Shown here piece after piece: positions 39,837-50,611 of a stretch of DNA of 64,000 nucleotides. Positions within the stretch are counted from its first letter, which is position 1. Every line of letters starts with the position of its first letter. Below the pieces are notes generated by a model that searched no databases, had not been told where the DNA came from, and saw only the letters and a list, made by a program, of their open reading frames with translations. Source of the DNA: an uncultured delta proteobacterium (GTDB taxonomy: Bacteria; Desulfobacterota; Binatia; UBA9968); assembly GCA_963804165.1 (NCBI GenBank), contig CAWDPO010000030.1:32001-96000 (forward strand). Direction: 5' to 3'. The translations under genes and the position numbers were made by a program.

Positions 39837-40046
39837 ATGGCTTATTTAACCAAACTCCAGGTGATCGAGCGAGCCAATGGCCAGCAACAGTTTTACCTGA
39901 TTTGCCCCGCTCCTCTGGCCGAAGCTCTGGAAATGCAGAAAGGCGAGACCATCGAGTGGGTGGTCGAGGACAAATGGACTCTGAGGATAACCCGCACTGA
40001 GGCTCGCTCGGCCCAGGCGTCGCGGAGGTCCCATGCCCGACGATAG
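39837..40046 (+). CDS. Small AbrB/MazE-like protein inside the IS
   Basis: GAGGGAGG RBS; TKLQVI..FYLICPAPLAEALEMQKGETIEWVVED pattern. Confidence 0.7.
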   Translation: MAYLTKLQVIERANGQQQFYLICPAPLAEALEMQKGETIEWVVEDKWTLRITRTEARSAQASRRSHARR

Positions 40047-41561
40047 ATCCTTGGACAGTTCCAGCACGCCTGAGCAGCCTGCGGTGCGGTGCAAACCGGT
40101 TGAACGAAACCAACTTTTGCTTCGAGCGGTGGATGTGGAGAAGCTTGTGGACGATCAGCATGAGGTGCGCGCGATCTGGGAGCTGGTCGGGCAGTTGGAC
40201 TTGAGAGCTTTTTATGCCGAGATTGGCGCGCTCGAAGGGGAAGCGGGTCGGCCAGTCTGGGACCCTAAGGTCCTGATCAGTTTGTGGCTCTATGCGTATA
40301 AGGATGGAGTTAGCTCGGCCCGAGAGATTGCGCGGCTGTGTGAGTATCATCCGGCCTATCAGTGGGTGACGGGGATGGAGGTGGTCAATTATCACACGCT
40401 GGCGGATTTTCGCATCGAGCACAAAGCGGCGCTTGATCAATTGTTGATTGAGGTGCTCGGGGTGCTCACGCACCAGGGACTGATCACGCTTGAGCGCGTG
40501 ATGCACGATGGGACCAAGATCAAAGCCGCGGCATCGGATAGGAGTTTTCATCGCCAAGGGACCCTGAAGGATCACCTGAAGGAGGCGGAGGAGCAACTTC
40601 AGGCGATGGGAGATCCCGACTCGGAAAAACTTAGTCAACGCACGGCTCAAGCCCAACAGCGAGCGCTGCGCGAGAAGCAACAGCGGCTTAAAGAGGCGCT
40701 CAAGGAGTTGGAGCAGCTTGAGCACAATCGCTCCAAGGAAAAAACCGAAGAAAAGAAAAAACAACCTCGGGCCAGTAGCACCGATCCGCAGGCACGCGTG
40801 ATGTTGGGGGCCAAAGGCGCGTATGCACCGAGCTATAACGTGCAGATTTCCACCGACGCCAACGCCAAGATCATTGTGGGAGTCGACGTGAACCAGTCTT
40901 GCAGTGACGCGGGGCAATTGGAACCAGCGGTAGAACGAATCGAGGCCAACCTGGGGCAAAAGCCCGAGCAGATGGTGGTGGATGGCGCCTACCCAACGCA
41001 GCAGGCCATTGAGGCGATGGCCGACAAAGGCATTGATTTGATCGGACCTCTGCCGCAGAGAAAAAAGCCTCGTGGGACGTGTTGAAGCGGAACGGAGTCA
41101 GTGGGGAATTTTATCCGCAGGCCTTCTGTTATGATCCGAGTACTGACTCCTATCGGTGTCCGGCAGGTAAACGGCTCAGCTTTGAAACCGAGGAACGGCA
41201 AGGCGGCTGGGGCAAGCGGCGCTACCGGGCGCGGGTTTCGGATTGTCGAAGCTGTCCGTTTCAGAACCAATGTTGTCCCGGGACTAAAAAGGGGCGGTCG
41301 TTGCTGCGCAGGGAAAAGACCGCTCAACTGGTGGCGTTTGAAGCCAAGATGCAGACTGAACAAGCCCAACAGATCTACAAGCAGCGAGCCGGGGTGGCAG
41401 AGTTTCCCAACGCCTGGATCAAAGAGAAAATCGGGCTTCGGCAGTTTCGGTTGCGCGGTCTTCTCAAGGTCACAGCCGAGGCCCTGTGGGCTTGCCTGAC
41501 GTACAACATTTGCCAGTGGATTTGTCTTTGTTGGAGACCCCAAAGGTTGACTCATGCTTAG
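40033..41561 (+). CDS. IS1182 DDE transposase, split by one frameshift near 41070
   Basis: GRPVWDPKVL..LYAY..SSAREIA, HDGTKIKA, STDPQA, VDGAY, YKQRAGVAEFP. Confidence 0.9.
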
Positions 41562-41928
41562 CCAAGAATCAAAAAAACAACCCCTGAGGCGGCCATCGTA
41601 CCTCAAACAAAGAGCCTGTGAGGATCGCAGTGATGATTTAGAACTGTTCATGACAGACACAGTTACTTAGTTCGTAGGAAAATACTTTGGAATCCAACAC
41701 CCACGACTCCTGAATTTTTTCACACCTTCAGGGGGACAAGGGGGATTTGAGTTCGGCTTTAGCTACTGGCATCGTTGTGACTTTTTAAACGGAGCTCTGA
41801 CACACCAACTGAATTCCGCTTAAAAAGCATGCGAAAATGACGGGGAAGGGAGCTCACTAACCTTGCTTCGATTTGCTCCTAGCCAGACAGCGTCGTATAC
41901 AACGAGAAGCAATCCCGAGGATAAGTCA

Positions 41929-42863
41929 ATGAAAATCATGGTCGTCGGCGGCAGCGGCTACATTGGCCGCCATGTAGTAAAAAGTTTAGCGGCTCAAGGC
42001 GCAGACGTCGTCGCGTTCGACGTAGCGCCTGCGCCGGCGAATTGGATCCAGCCCCGGTGTGCCATTCATCCAGGGCAACATGGCGAATCTCGAAGAGGTC
42101 ATGGCGGCCGTCGTCGACCACGGCGTCCAGCGGATTGTCGCTCTCGGCTACTTCATGACGCCGCTGCTCGCTCCCGAATGCCGCGATCTTCTCAATGCCG
42201 CGCGCGTGAATATTCATGGGCATCACGAATCTTTTCGAAGCCGCGCGCCTCGCCCATTTGGACCGTGTCGTTTTCGCCAGCACTGTGGGGACGTTTGGCT
42301 ACCAGGATGGTTATGGGTCTGAACCGATCAACGAGAACACTGAAGCGCGCGCCCCAAAGAGCTTGTACGGTCTTATGAAGCTCCTCAACAACGGCTTGGC
42401 CGAACGCTACACGAAAACCTTCGGTATCCAAATCGTCAAGGTTCACTCCACGGCCGTCATCGGCCCGGGCAACACGGCGTTCTCCCGTCAGATGATTCAA
42501 CAGCCCGCACTGGGCAAACCCGGGTATGCTAACTGGCCGTCCGCCGCGCCGCGCAACATCGTCGGTGTCGCCGACATCGCCCAGCTCTACAGCAAGATCG
42601 CGCTCGCCGGTGAAGTAAAGCATGACACTTACATGGGCACCGGCCCCTCGCCCACGGGCCGCGAAATCGCGGACATCGTGATCAAATATTTACCCGACGC
42701 GGAGATTAGCTTCGACGAAAAAGCCCGGGTTCCAGCCTGGAACTTCGACAATTCGCGCGCGGTAAAAGAATTCGACTGGAAAATTCAGCCGGTGGAAGAA
42801 ATGGTTTTGGACGAGATCAATGGAACGAGGCAAGCGGCAGGGCTGCCGTCTGTAAGAATGTAA
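41929..42863 (+). CDS. NAD-dependent epimerase/dehydratase, frameshifted
   Basis: GGSGYIG, FAST, YGLMK (YxxxK). Confidence 0.85.
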
Positions 42864-42894
42864 CAACTATGGTCCGCGCTATTTAACGTAGCCA

Positions 42895-43275
42895 TTAGCC
42901 AATTCTTAGCCACCGCACAAGAGCCAAACGCAAACAAAGCCCCGCCCCAAAAAGAAGCGAGCACGCTCGGTCGCTGGCCATTCCTTTCTCGCCAATTACC
43001 GAATCCCCTCATGATCACGCCAACGAAAAACGGCGATAGGATCAAACTAATTCCTGGGATAGTTGGCGATGGCAAGAGTCTTTGCGGGACCAGGTATGAC
43101 AGCAAGAAACCAACAATGCACCGACCATGGCGGCGCCAATGTAAGTAAAATAGGTGGGCTTCGCTCGGTGACGTTCGAAATATTCAACACGTTCGTCGAA
43201 TGTAATACGTAGCGCAAACATCATTATCAGATCAACGACGATTTCGCCGACGATCTCGAGCATCATCTCGAGCAT
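42895..43275 (-). CDS. Small hypothetical membrane protein, frameshifted
   Basis: Hydrophobic segments across two frames; PGISLILSP, FWGGALFAFG. Confidence 0.5.
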
Positions 43276-43429
43276 GATTTTGTCCCGTTCAAAAACTTTT
43301 CCCGAACAAAGATTTGGGTTCAACGTTCGCGCCTTATTATCCAGCATCACCGTATTCGTCAATTGCCTCCTCAGTGATGGCGCTCGACTTCGATCCGTGA
43401 TAGGGAGTCCGTGATTTCCGAGCACGGCG

Positions 43430-44086
43430 ATGAATTGGCAAGAACCGAACATGTTCGAAGCGGTCAACCACGGCAACAAGCCGTTTTCTATTCGTGTCCC
43501 GGCTCTCGTCGTCACCCGGGGTAAAAACGACCGGTTGAATTTTCTCACGGCGATGTGGTTTACACCGACCGGCGCCGAGCCGTCGCGCATGGTGGTGGCG
43601 ATACAGAAAAGCACTCTGACCTACGATTATCTGCTCGAGCGTGGTGAGTTCGTCATGAGCGCTCCAACCGATGAAATGATGGACATCGTCGTCTTCGGCG
43701 GCTATGTTTCGGGCCGCGACGTCGACAAGTGGCAAGCCGCGGGACTCACGGCCGTGCGGCCGTCGAGAATTTCCGTGCCGCTGATCGGCGAGGCGATCGG
43801 CAATGTCGAATACCAAGTTGTCAGACAGATTCCCTTCGACGACGGCATGGATCTGTTCGTCGGCGAAGTATTGGCGACGCATATCCGCAAGGGCGTCATG
43901 GACGGAGAGCTTTATCGCGCGGATGCGAATCCGCTCCTCTACATGGGAACGAAATACAACTCGGAAGGCAAATCCCAGGGCAAGTACTACGCTCACTTGA
44001 GCGGCATCGGACCGGCGAATTACGATTCTCCCCTGCTGAAGCAATACCTCTCTCAACCGAAAAAACGGACCCGGAAGGAGGAATAA
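43430..44086 (+). CDS. Flavin reductase-like (DIM6/NTAB) protein
   Basis: PALVVT, GEFV, SGRDVDKW, VPLIGE, LFVGEV. Confidence 0.88.
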   Translation: MNWQEPNMFEAVNHGNKPFSIRVPALVVTRGKNDRLNFLTAMWFTPTGAEPSRMVVAIQKSTLTYDYLLERGEFVMSAPTDEMMDIVVFGGYVSGRDVDKWQAAGLTAVRPSRISVPLIGEAIGNVEYQVVRQIPFDDGMDLFVGEVLATHIRKGVMDGELYRADANPLLYMGTKYNSEGKSQGKYYAHLSGIGPANYDSPLLKQYLSQPKKRTRKEE

Positions 44087-44091
44087 CTGCT

Positions 44092-45252
44092 ATGATCGCC
44101 AATACACGTTTGTTGATGGTCGTATTCGTCGCAGCGCTCTGCACCTCGCCGAGTTTATCCAACGCGGCTGCCGCTCCTCTGCCCAAGTCGACGGAGGAAA
44201 TGCTCAAGAAGCTAAAGCTCGATGCCAGCACACTGGCGAATATCGACAAAGAGCTCGAAGTGCCCAAAGCCTGGCTCGACGGCGCGCGCAAAGAGGGCAA
44301 GGTGCGCATCTTTTCCACGTTTGACCCGGGCCAGATGGAAACTCTCGCGCGACCGTTCAAGGAGCGCTATCCGTTTATCAACATCGAATATTCCCGCGCC
44401 AGCCACGAGGACCGCGCCGTGCGCACGCTGGTGGCGTACCAGAACAAGAAGATCGTCACTGACATCCTCACCGGCATCGGCGGCACCTATTTCATGTACA
44501 AAGAAATCGGCGCGCTCGACGATTTGCGGGTGATTCCCAACCTAAAAAACAATCCCCCCGAAACCGTCGATCCCGAAGGGCTGTGGGTCGGCATGCACAT
44601 GCGCTACTGGTGCATGGCCTACAATACGAAAACTTTGCGAAAAGAGGACATGCCGAAGCGCTGGGACGACTTGCTCACCAATCCAAAATTTCGCAACGGC
44701 AATTTGGCCATCGGTAATCGTCCGCAACTTTGGGCTTTGAGTTTGTGGAAGGGCAACGGCGAAAAATGGGCGAAGGAATTCCTCACCAAGTTGTTCACCG
44801 AAGTGAAGCCTCAACTGCGCCGGGAAGGCATGAACGCGATGCTGGAATTACTGGCGGCCGGTGAATTTCACGCGACGATTCCGTCCGCCGAGTACCGCAC
44901 CTACAAGAAACAGCTCGACGGCGCGCCGATTTCCTACCACTGTCCCGAGCCGGTGCCGATCGCGGTGTCCGAGATGGGAATTCTAAAAGGCGCACCCAAT
45001 ATTAATTCCGCCCGCATATTCGTTAACTGGTTTCTCAGCAAAGAAGGCCAGATCGCGCAGTACGTCGGCGACTACGCGCCGCCGGTTCACAAAGAGCTGC
45101 GGCGCAAGGAGTTCGTGCCCTTCGCCGAAGAGATATTGCCCAAGAAAGGCGCCTTCCGCGATCCCGCCATTGAAGTTGAGATCCAACCCAAGCTGCTCGC
45201 CTTTTGGGACGAGCTCTGGATGCGCAGCGGCGGGCGGCGGCGCACGCCGTAA
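44092..45252 (+). CDS. Fe/thiamine-type ABC substrate-binding protein
   Basis: ARKEGKV, FKERYPFI, YNT..PKRWDDL, APN..ARIFVNWFLSKEGQ. Confidence 0.9.
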   Translation: MIANTRLLMVVFVAALCTSPSLSNAAAAPLPKSTEEMLKKLKLDASTLANIDKELEVPKAWLDGARKEGKVRIFSTFDPGQMETLARPFKERYPFINIEYSRASHEDRAVRTLVAYQNKKIVTDILTGIGGTYFMYKEIGALDDLRVIPNLKNNPPETVDPEGLWVGMHMRYWCMAYNTKTLRKEDMPKRWDDLLTNPKFRNGNLAIGNRPQLWALSLWKGNGEKWAKEFLTKLFTEVKPQLRREGMNAMLELLAAGEFHATIPSAEYRTYKKQLDGAPISYHCPEPVPIAVSEMGILKGAPNINSARIFVNWFLSKEGQIAQYVGDYAPPVHKELRRKEFVPFAEEILPKKGAFRDPAIEVEIQPKLLAFWDELWMRSGGRRRTP

Positions 45253-45319
45253 CTTCGCGTCGCGGGTTTCGCGTTGCGGGTTTTCAACTCCGGATGAACT
45301 CGAGACGCGAAACCCGAGA
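45253..45319. repeat. CGCGGG/CCCG-type 7-nt-unit hairpin with central TCCGGA
   Basis: TTCGCGTCGCGGGTTTCGCGTTGCGGG ... CTCGAGACGCGAAACCCGAG. Confidence 0.7.
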
Positions 45320-45329
45320 TCAGTTATCC

Positions 45330-47048
45330 ATGATACGTTCGCGCTTCCAACTCGGGCCCTACGGGATATTTCTTCTCGTTTTCCTACTCGTCAGCGTGCC
45401 GCTGTTTTTTCTCGTGGCCGGCAGCTTCAGCACGGCCAAGCTTCCCACCGATTTTTCTTTCGCCACGATGGGCCTGGAAAACTACGTCAAGGTCTATTCC
45501 GATCCGGGAACGCTGGAGCTGTTCACCAACACGTTTATCTACGTGGGCGGCAGCGTCTTGTTTGGCATCACTCTCGCGGTGGCGCTTGCCTGGCTCGTGG
45601 AACGAACAAATATGCCCGGGAAGATCTGGATCTACGCCGGCGTGCCGATGACGTTGGCTGTGCCGGGAATGCTGCAGGCGATGGCGTGGGTGATTCTGTT
45701 GAGCCCGCGCATCGGCTTTATCAACAAATCTTTGCAAAGTATTTTTGGTTTCGACCGCCCGCCCCTCGACATCTATTCGCTCGGCGGCATGATTTTCCTC
45801 GAAGGACTGCGTCTCGTGCCGACAGCGTTTCTGATGCTCGTGCCGCTCATGCGCGGCATGGACCCGGCGCTCGAAGAAGCTGCCTCGGTTTCCGGCGCCC
45901 GGCCCTTTTCGACCTTGCGCAAGATCACGCTGCGCTTGCTCGCGCCGGGTCTGGTCGCGGTGATGATCTATCAGGCCATGACGGCGCTGGAGGTGTTCGA
46001 GATCCCGGGCATCTTGGGATTGCCCGCGGGGATTTACGTCTTCAGCACAAAAATCTATGCGGTCGTGCGCAGCGCGACTTTCTTGCCGGTCTACGGCCAA
46101 GCCAACGCTTTGGCGATGGTGTATTTGGTGATCGCCGTGGTCACGACTTTTTTTTATACCCGGCTCATCGGCCGAGTGGAAAGATTTACGATCATCACCG
46201 GCAAGGGTTATCGGCCGCGTCAAAACGACTTGGGCCAGTGGCGTTATCCCGCGCTGGGCTTGGTTGTACTGTATCTGTTTCTCGCCATCATTTTGCCGTT
46301 CTTGGTATTCGTCTACACATCGTTTCTTGCCTTTCTGCAGCCGCCGTCGCTCGATGCCATTCGAGGCTTTAGCCTAAAAAACTACCGTTTCTTGTTGCAG
46401 TATGGGGAAGTCGGCTCCGCGTTGAAAAACACGGCGATCATGGTCGTGGTCACGGCGACGATGACCGTTGCGCTCTCCTTCTTTGTTTCCCTGGTGATCG
46501 TGCGCAGCAAATTCTGGGGCCGCCAATTGCTCGATCAGCTGGCGTTCATGCCCCACGCGATCCCCGGCATCGTGCTCGGCATCGCTTTTTTCTGGGTGTT
46601 TTTGAAAATCGACTATCTACCGCTCTACGGCACCATCTGGGCGATGTCGATCGGTTTCACCGTAAGTTTTCTCTCCTACGGAACGCGCTCGATGAACGCG
46701 TCGCTGCTGCAGATCCATAAAGAACTCGAGGAAGCGGCCTATGTCAGCGGCGCGCGGCCCTGGCGCACGATGTGGCGGGTGTTCTTGCCCTTGATGATGC
46801 CGACCTTCGTCGGCATCTGGATTTGGGTGATTTTGCACGCTGTGCGCGTCGCCGGCTTGCCGCTCATGCTATACGAAGGACCGCAGAATCAAGTGCTGTC
46901 GATTCTAATCTGGAATATGTGGGACGAAGGTTACGTACCTGCCGTCGCGGCGATCGGCACGCTCCTTATGCTGACGCTCTTGCTTATGACCTTGGTGGTT
47001 CGCTATATCGGTTTCCGGCGCCACATGGTCCAATCGCCGTCGGTATGA
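45330..47048 (+). CDS. FbpB-like fused ABC permease
   Basis: Two EEAA..SGA motifs; TGKGYRP. Confidence 0.92.
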   Translation: MIRSRFQLGPYGIFLLVFLLVSVPLFFLVAGSFSTAKLPTDFSFATMGLENYVKVYSDPGTLELFTNTFIYVGGSVLFGITLAVALAWLVERTNMPGKIWIYAGVPMTLAVPGMLQAMAWVILLSPRIGFINKSLQSIFGFDRPPLDIYSLGGMIFLEGLRLVPTAFLMLVPLMRGMDPALEEAASVSGARPFSTLRKITLRLLAPGLVAVMIYQAMTALEVFEIPGILGLPAGIYVFSTKIYAVVRSATFLPVYGQANALAMVYLVIAVVTTFFYTRLIGRVERFTIITGKGYRPRQNDLGQWRYPALGLVVLYLFLAIILPFLVFVYTSFLAFLQPPSLDAIRGFSLKNYRFLLQYGEVGSALKNTAIMVVVTATMTVALSFFVSLVIVRSKFWGRQLLDQLAFMPHAIPGIVLGIAFFWVFLKIDYLPLYGTIWAMSIGFTVSFLSYGTRSMNASLLQIHKELEEAAYVSGARPWRTMWRVFLPLMMPTFVGIWIWVILHAVRVAGLPLMLYEGPQNQVLSILIWNMWDEGYVPAVAAIGTLLMLTLLLMTLVVRYIGFRRHMVQSPSV

Positions 47049-48154
47049 TTCGGATTCACAATCTCCACGTCTATTATCAAACCGAACGCGGCCGGGTGCA
47101 CGCGGTGCGCGGCATCGACATCGATATCACCCAGGGGCAGTTTTTCACTCTGCTCGGCCCGAGCGGTTGCGGTAAAACTACGACGCTGCGCTCGGTCGCC
47201 GGACTGGAAGCGCCCGAAGCAGGCGAAATTTTTGTCGGCGATGATTTGGTCTATTCGTCAGCCAAGCGCACGACCGTGCCGCCCTACGAGCGCGACATCG
47301 GCATGGTGTTTCAGTCCTACGCGATTTGGCCGCATCTGAATGTTTTTGAAAACGTGGCCTTCCCGTTGCGCGAAATGAGGCGCAAGTATTCGCAGCAACA
47401 GATACGCGACAAAGTCGAGCACGCGTTGGCGCTCGTCCAACTCAACGGTTTAGCCGACCGCCCCGCGCCCTTTTTAAGCGGCGGGCAGCAGCAGCGCCTC
47501 GCCCTGGCGCGGGCGATCGTCAGAGAACCGCGCGTCCTGCTGCTCGACGAACCGCTCAGCAACCTGGACGCGAAGCTGCGCGAGGAGACTCGATTTGAGC
47601 TTCGCGAATTGGTGAAGCGGTTGGGAATCACGACTCTCTATGTAACCCACGACCAATTGGAAGCGCTGACGATGTCGGATACCGTTGCGATCATGAATCT
47701 GGGGCAAATCGTCCAACAGGGGTCCCCGGTCGAAATCTACCAGGCGCCGCGGGAAAGGTTTGTCGCGAACTTTATCGGTCTGACCAATTTTCTCGAGGGG
47801 CAAGTCGAGAGCGAGGGCAGCTCCGCAGGGAAAATCGGCGCCGTAAACACGGCGAGCGGTAAGTTACACTGCGTTTTACCCGACAAAATCGCCGTGGGTG
47901 AAAACGTCATCGTCGTCATCCGTCCCGAGGACATCAGCATTGTTCCGGAATCCGTAGCTCCGAACGAAAATGTTTTACGCGCCAAGGTCGAAGCCATGAT
48001 CTTCATGGGCGACGCACTGGAATGCCAACTGTCCGTCGGCACGCAAAAACTCCGCACCAAACTTCATCCGGCATCGCCCATCCACGCAGGCCAAACCGTG
48101 CTGTTGCAGCTGCCGCCGCAGAGTTGTCTTGCATTGCGCAGCTCGGAGAAATGA
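47045..48154 (+). CDS. FbpC/PotA-like ABC ATP-binding protein
   Basis: GPSGCGKT, LSGGQQQR, LLLDEPLSNLD, TOBE domain. Confidence 0.93.
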   Translation: MIRIHNLHVYYQTERGRVHAVRGIDIDITQGQFFTLLGPSGCGKTTTLRSVAGLEAPEAGEIFVGDDLVYSSAKRTTVPPYERDIGMVFQSYAIWPHLNVFENVAFPLREMRRKYSQQQIRDKVEHALALVQLNGLADRPAPFLSGGQQQRLALARAIVREPRVLLLDEPLSNLDAKLREETRFELRELVKRLGITTLYVTHDQLEALTMSDTVAIMNLGQIVQQGSPVEIYQAPRERFVANFIGLTNFLEGQVESEGSSAGKIGAVNTASGKLHCVLPDKIAVGENVIVVIRPEDISIVPESVAPNENVLRAKVEAMIFMGDALECQLSVGTQKLRTKLHPASPIHAGQTVLLQLPPQSCLALRSSEK

Positions 48155-48182
48155 TAACTGCAAAGGATCAATACCGTTGACC

Positions 48183-49166
48183 GTGAGTAAAACCGCCATC
48201 GCAAAGCTATTATGTCTGCCCTTGGCTCTATTCGTCCTGGGCTTCGCGCCGGGGGCTGCGGAAAGCCAGGAACGCGAAAGGCTCCGCGTCAGCACGTTGT
48301 TCATCGGCTCGTCCCTCGTGCCCTTCTGGATCGCCCAGGAACAAGGAATTTTCGCGCGCAACGGCGTCGACGTCGAACTGATCTCGATGCAATCGACGCT
48401 TTCGACGACGGCGTTGCTCGCCGGCGAAGTCGATGTCATTTTCGGCACGCCGCAGTCGATCTTTTCGGTTTTGACCGCGAAGAATCCGCCGCCGCTGATC
48501 ACCATCGCAGCCTGGGGCTCCGCCTCGGAGCATTGGCTGGTGGTCCATCCCGCGATCAAGTCGGCAAAAGACCTGGAGGGGAAAACCATCGGCATGAGCC
48601 GGCCGCGGTCAGCGGATCACGGTTACACGATCCTGATTCTCGAGCGGCTGGGCATCGATCCGCGAAAGATTACGTTTCTGTCGACCGGCGGCCAAGCCAG
48701 CCGCAGCGCAGCGGTGGAAGCGGGCACGACCATGGGCAGTTCGTTTAACCGCTATTACACGCTGCAACTAAAGCGCAAAGGGTTTCGCGACGTCGCCAAA
48801 TTGGAGCGGCCCGACTATCCGTTCCCGCCATCGATCTTTGTCGTCAAAAAAGACGCGCTGCAGAGCAAACGCAAGGCACTCAAGTCGATGTTGATTGCCA
48901 TGATGGAATCGAGCGAGCAGCACAAGATCAACAAGGAGCTTTCGCTGCAGCTGATCCGCAAGCATTTGCGCTTGCAGAATCCCGAAGTCATCGAAGCGGC
49001 GTACGAAGACGGCGTGACCACCAGCTACCCCTACTTCACGGAACGGCAATTCCAGGTGTCGCTCGAATTACTCGGCAAGAGCATGGGGCAGCCGGTGTCA
49101 CTGAATTACAAGCAAATCGTCGACCACAGCTTGCTCGACGAAATCGGTCGAGGCGGGAACGAATAA
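48183..49166 (+). CDS. NMT1/TauA-type substrate-binding protein
   Basis: GIFARNGVDVE, ALLAGEVD, DLEGKTIG. Confidence 0.88.
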   Translation: MSKTAIAKLLCLPLALFVLGFAPGAAESQERERLRVSTLFIGSSLVPFWIAQEQGIFARNGVDVELISMQSTLSTTALLAGEVDVIFGTPQSIFSVLTAKNPPPLITIAAWGSASEHWLVVHPAIKSAKDLEGKTIGMSRPRSADHGYTILILERLGIDPRKITFLSTGGQASRSAAVEAGTTMGSSFNRYYTLQLKRKGFRDVAKLERPDYPFPPSIFVVKKDALQSKRKALKSMLIAMMESSEQHKINKELSLQLIRKHLRLQNPEVIEAAYEDGVTTSYPYFTERQFQVSLELLGKSMGQPVSLNYKQIVDHSLLDEIGRGGNE

Positions 49167-49295
49167 GCCAAGCTAAGCATGTTCAGGTTACGGCGCCGTT
49201 TGACACTCTTTTCGCTGCTGAACTAGATTGGGTCATAATGAAGAACCCACCGCAAGCAGCGGGCCATCGGATCGTGATAGAGTTTTTTTCGGGAC

Positions 49296-49385
49296 GTCAC
49301 CCCGAATGTTTTTATCGGGGGTCCAGATCCGGATTCGCCTGTGGTGAGCTCAGTCGAACCACCGCTTAAAGCATGCGGGAATGAC
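49296..49385. repeat. GTCA.CCCG..CGGG / GCATGCGGGAATGAC REP with nested GTGAGC..GTCGAACC unit
   Basis: Related fragments at ~41811-41841 and ~15013-15038. Confidence 0.65.
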
Positions 49386-49477
49386 GGACTTCGGTGACCG
49401 TTAGGAAAATGCAGCAAGTTGCGGGGAATGAACCCCCAAGCGATTCAACAACAACATCATCACGGGAGCACCGCTCG

Positions 49478-50569
49478 ATGACTTCGCTTCTTCGATTGAC
49501 CTTAGTTTCACTGGCCCTGCTTGGGTTTTCACCGCGGTTTACATTTGCCGTCGCTGCCACGCCCGAAGAAGTCTGGAAAGCATTGGAAAAACTTCCGCCT
49601 GCCGAGCGGGAAAAGAAACTCATCGAAGGCGCGAAGAAGGAAGGTGAGCTGCTCTGGTATACCAACTCGGGGATCGAGAACGCCACGCGTTATATCCAGG
49701 CGTTCAAGAAAAACTTTCCTTTCATCAATGCCCAGGTGTGGCGCGCCAAGACGCGCCAGGTGACTCAGCGGGCCATCTCCGAAGCCAACGCGGGCAAGCA
49801 CATGGTGGATGTGATCAAGCCCTCGACGGACCTGTTGCCGCCGATGCTCGAAAAGAATCTGCTCGCCAAGTATGAAACGCCCGGCCGTGCAATCTATCCG
49901 GCGCACTCAAAATCCGCGTACTACACGAGCATGAACTACGCCTTCCGCGTCTTCTCTTTCAACCCGCGCAAGGTTAGCCGCAAGGACGCGCCAAAAACCT
50001 GGGAAGACTTGCTGCAGCCCAAGTGGAAGGGCGAGATCCTCTTCGACGAGTCTTCTCTCGAAGAAGTCATGTCGCTGCTCGCCGCCTGGGGCAAGGAAAG
50101 AACCGTGAATTACCTGACTAAGCTAAGCCAGCAGCAGCTCTTGATCCGCGTCGGCCGGGATACGACGACGCAGATGATGATGGCCGGCGAAGCGCCGCTG
50201 GCCGTGACCACCTACGCCTATAACAATGAAAGCCTGCGCGCTCAAAACGCCCCAGTGGACTGGATCGCCGAGGACCTCATTCCGACGCTGTTGTATCCCC
50301 TAACATTGGCGCGCAACGCGCCTCATCCGCACGCCGCCGCGCTGTTCTACGATTATCTGATCTCTGAAGAAGGCCAGCGGCTGATCGCCAAGGAGGGGCG
50401 TGTCGTCGCTCATCCGAAAGTCGAGCCGATCTATCCGCGCATGAAAGAGCTGCAAAATTTATTGGGCACGCCGCGCGTCCAACTCAACACCATGGAGCAA
50501 AACCACAAACTTCTCAAAGACGGCATTCAAATCCTTGACGAGATTGTGTTGAAGCGAAGATCACATTAG
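49478..50569 (+). CDS. Fe/thiamine-type ABC substrate-binding protein (second)
   Basis: LIEGAKKEGEL, PKTWEDLLQPKWKG, APHPHAAALFYDYLISEEGQ. Confidence 0.9.
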   Translation: MTSLLRLTLVSLALLGFSPRFTFAVAATPEEVWKALEKLPPAEREKKLIEGAKKEGELLWYTNSGIENATRYIQAFKKNFPFINAQVWRAKTRQVTQRAISEANAGKHMVDVIKPSTDLLPPMLEKNLLAKYETPGRAIYPAHSKSAYYTSMNYAFRVFSFNPRKVSRKDAPKTWEDLLQPKWKGEILFDESSLEEVMSLLAAWGKERTVNYLTKLSQQQLLIRVGRDTTTQMMMAGEAPLAVTTYAYNNESLRAQNAPVDWIAEDLIPTLLYPLTLARNAPHPHAAALFYDYLISEEGQRLIAKEGRVVAHPKVEPIYPRMKELQNLLGTPRVQLNTMEQNHKLLKDGIQILDEIVLKRRSH

Positions 50570-50611
50570 CGAACGATCGTGCCCGATCGGTGAAACGACA
50601 AAAATCAGCAG

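Larger units (their letters stand above)
39741..41729 (+). mobile_element. IS1182-family insertion sequence (1989 bp)
   Basis: Perfect 17-bp TIR GAAGGTGTGAAAAAATT; AGG duplicated at 39738-40 and 41730-32. Confidence 0.9.

Noticed and set aside
41058-41085. Programmed -1 frameshift at GAAAAAAG in the IS1182 transposase
   Set aside because: IS1182 transposases are typically single ORFs and the window has many indel errors; cannot be fully excluded without accurate reads
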